A stretch of 64,000 nt of DNA, taken from NCBI GenBank assembly GCA_015233565.1, contig JADFXM010000003.1:155063-219062 (forward strand), read 5' to 3'. Within the stretch, counting starts at the first letter, position 1; every line of letters starts with the position of its first letter. The position numbers were made by a program, and so were the translations under genes. Positions 62,236 to 64,000 of the stretch are shown piece after piece. The notes beneath the pieces are model-generated. The model saw nothing but the letters and a program-made list of their open reading frames with translations. It was not told where the DNA came from and searched no databases. This stretch comes from Candidatus Rifleibacteriota bacterium (lineage in GTDB: Bacteria > Muiribacteriota > Ozemobacteria > Ozemobacterales > Ozemobacteraceae).

Positions 62236-62289
62236 TCCCCCATTTAGAATGAATGCGGGACAATATTTTTTTAAGGAGTAAGGCAGAAA

Positions 62290-64000
62290 ATGGTGACAAT
62301 GCTGCAGCCTGGAACCGATCGACTCCTAATGGCGGACAAGCGAGTTTTTAGGGACATCCCCAACCTCATCGACATTCAACTGAAATCTTTTGAATGGTTT
62401 ATTCAGCCCAACAAAAACCCATCCGAAAGAAAAAAGCAAGGGTTGCAGGAAGTGTTTCTCGAAATTTTTCCAATTCAGGATTATGTTGGAAATCTTTGTC
62501 TAGAGTTCATTGATTATAACCTTGGTCTGGGGATGTGTAAAAATTGTCCCCAAATCAGGCTCAACAAAAAATGCCTTTATGATGATTGTTCTTTCCCCGA
62601 AAAAGAATGCGAAATAGCCTTTATTGGCGACACTCCATTTCGAGTAAAACACAGTCCTGATCAATGCAGAAAGAAGGATTTGACTTATTCAATTCCACTT
62701 AATATCAGGGTTCAATTAATTATGCAACAAACAGGGGAAGTTAAAGAACAGGAAATTTTCCTGGTTAACTTACCATGCATGACTGAACGTGGAACTTTTA
62801 TCATCAACGGAGCTGAAAGAGTTGTTGTGAGCCAATTACATCGGTCGCCCGGAGTTTATTTCTCCTTTAATAGGGCGAAGAAAATGTATTCTGCGAAAAT
62901 TGTTCCTTATCGCGGAGCCTGGATGGAATTCGAACTTGATCTGATGAAAGATGCTATTTTCGTCAGATTGGACAGAAAAAGAAAGATCCCAATTACCACT
63001 CTTCTTCGCTCTCTTGGTTATGCGGCGGATGAAGAAATTCTTGAATTGTTTGATTCCAATGAAACCATTGTGTCCTCTTTGAAGTTTGATAAGCACTCTG
63101 TGAGCAGAAATGATCCTTCCGATAAAATTGCCGCTGCTGTCACTGATTCTTTGAAGATTATTTTTTCAAAGCTTCGACAGGGCGATTTGTTCGTTGAAGA
63201 AAATGCTCGGACACTTTTGCGGGGTTTGTTCTTTGATACAAAGAAATATGATTTGGGTGATGTCGGTCGCTATAAAATGAATAAGAAGTTGAGATTAGCT
63301 GATCGCCTCTCTGACCAAATCGCTTTCAAAGAGATTATTAATCCTGTTAACGGTGAAGTTTTTCTGAAGATGGGAGAAAAGGTTTCTAAGAAACTTGCTT
63401 CACTTCTGGAAGAATTGATGATTCCGGTATATATCAAACTGGGTGAGGCAAAGACCGGCTATAGAGTAATGTACAATCCTGCATTTGCTTCAGTCAAAAT
63501 GGCTGATTTGGACAGAAATCTCATCAGTCTCCAGGCAAGATTCGCCTATCAGAGCATTCTTGATCCCAAATCTGGTGAAGTGATTGTCGAAAGTGGGGCA
63601 GAAATCAGAGATGAAAAAGGAAAAGTCTTTAAAAATCTTGGAGTCCAGGAATTAAAAATCCATAAAGACCGTGTCCTTTGTTTCGAAGACGTTATTGGGG
63701 TTGTCAGATATTTGATTGACCTTTCCAACGGAATTGGAAGACTTGATGATATTGACCATCTCTCCAATAGAAGAATTCGCAGATGTGGAGAATTATTACA
63801 AAATCAGTTCCGAATTTCTCTCTCTAGAATGGAAAGAGTAATTAAAGAAAGAATGACCATCCATGATTTAGATTCTTACACACCTCAACTTTTGATAAAT
63901 ACACGCCCTGTTACTGCTGTAGTTGAAGAATTCTTCGGATCATCCCAGCTCTCTCAATTCATGGATCAAACTAACCCACTTGCCGAGTTGACCCACAAAA
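62290..64000 (+). CDS. rpoB: DNA-directed RNA polymerase beta subunit, 5' portion (continues past the right edge)
   Basis: Absent from the track because it has no stop in the window. AAGGAG Shine-Dalgarno, then ATG at 62290. My translation reads ...[17 protein letters not shown]...FPIQDY...DLTYSIPL...[28 protein letters not shown]..., all conserved RpoB N-terminal blocks. Confidence 0.95.
   Translation, partial: MVTMLQPGTDRLLMADKRVFRDIPNLIDIQLKSFEWFIQPNKNPSERKKQGLQEVFLEIFPIQDYVGNLCLEFIDYNLGLGMCKNCPQIRLNKKCLYDDCSFPEKECEIAFIGDTPFRVKHSPDQCRKKDLTYSIPLNIRVQLIMQQTGEVKEQEIFLVNLPCMTERGTFIINGAERVVVSQLHRSPGVYFSFNRAKKMYSAKIVPYRGAWMEFELDLMKDAIFVRLDRKRKIPITTLLRSLGYAADEEILELFDSNETIVSSLKFDKHSVSRNDPSDKIAAAVTDSLKIIFSKLRQGDLFVEENARTLLRGLFFDTKKYDLGDVGRYKMNKKLRLADRLSDQIAFKEIINPVNGEVFLKMGEKVSKKLASLLEELMIPVYIKLGEAKTGYRVMYNPAFASVKMADLDRNLISLQARFAYQSILDPKSGEVIVESGAEIRDEKGKVFKNLGVQELKIHKDRVLCFEDVIGVVRYLIDLSNGIGRLDDIDHLSNRRIRRCGELLQNQFRISLSRMERVIKERMTIHDLDSYTPQLLINTRPVTAVVEEFFGSSQLSQFMDQTNPLAELTHK

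Noticed and set aside
1-64000. CRISPR arrays, transposases, integrases, prophage genes and recognisable defence systems
   Set aside because: There are no regularly spaced direct repeats and no ORF with transposase, integrase, Cas, restriction-enzyme or phage motifs. The only repeats are the pilin triplication and a few hairpins.

Overview
AT-rich bacterial chromosomal segment with about 53 protein-coding genes. By eye I found no rRNA, tRNA, CRISPR array, transposase or integrase. Layout: (1) 1-26.6 kb is a minus-strand cell-surface glycan island. Its right half is a nonulosonic-acid (sialic/pseudaminic/legionaminic-like) module: NeuB-like synthase, two cytidylyltransferases (one fused to a PseG-like domain), a Gfo/Idh/MocA oxidoreductase, a class III aminotransferase, a SPASM radical-SAM enzyme and a Wzm/Wzt ABC exporter. 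Its left half is an unusual tightly packed operon: B12-radical-SAM, full-length transketolase, transaldolase, a PhnW-like aminotransferase, a class I aminotransferase homologue that appears to lack the PLP lysine, three tandem SPASM radical-SAM enzymes, a LicC-like nucleotidyltransferase, two methyltransferases, a CDP-alcohol phosphotransferase and a kinase. I cannot match this half to a characterised pathway, and it is my best candidate for an undescribed system. (2) 26.8-34.5 kb (+) holds a giant rhomboid protease, a MoxR AAA+ ATPase, a TPR protein and two Wzy_C (O-antigen-ligase/PglL-like)-TPR fusion proteins. (3) 34.5-38.9 kb holds a tandem triplication of GspG-like pilin genes with a ~130-aa C-terminal extension. 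Each copy has its own conserved promoter and intrinsic terminator, and a fourth prepilin gene follows. Two of the three pilins end in a C-terminal Ser, so with the adjacent Wzy_C proteins and the glycan island this looks like a pilin O-glycosylation locus. (4) 38.9-53.5 kb is mixed: a frameshifted HicB-like gene, a secreted GH13 amylase, a DHH phosphoesterase, an M48 peptidase, an ABC-F ATPase, a GT-C glycosyltransferase plus a second B12-radical-SAM, an orphan cheW operon, a DUF4126-PlsC fusion and a DnaQ-like exonuclease. (5) 54.1-56.6 kb encodes a VIT-VWA surface protein with a pilin-like globular module near its C-terminus. (6) 57-62 kb holds an ECF transporter T/A pair, small genes and a wHTH regulator. 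The 5' part of rpoB, carrying a Cys-rich insertion, runs off the right edge. All functional calls come from motif recognition by eye and no database search was possible.
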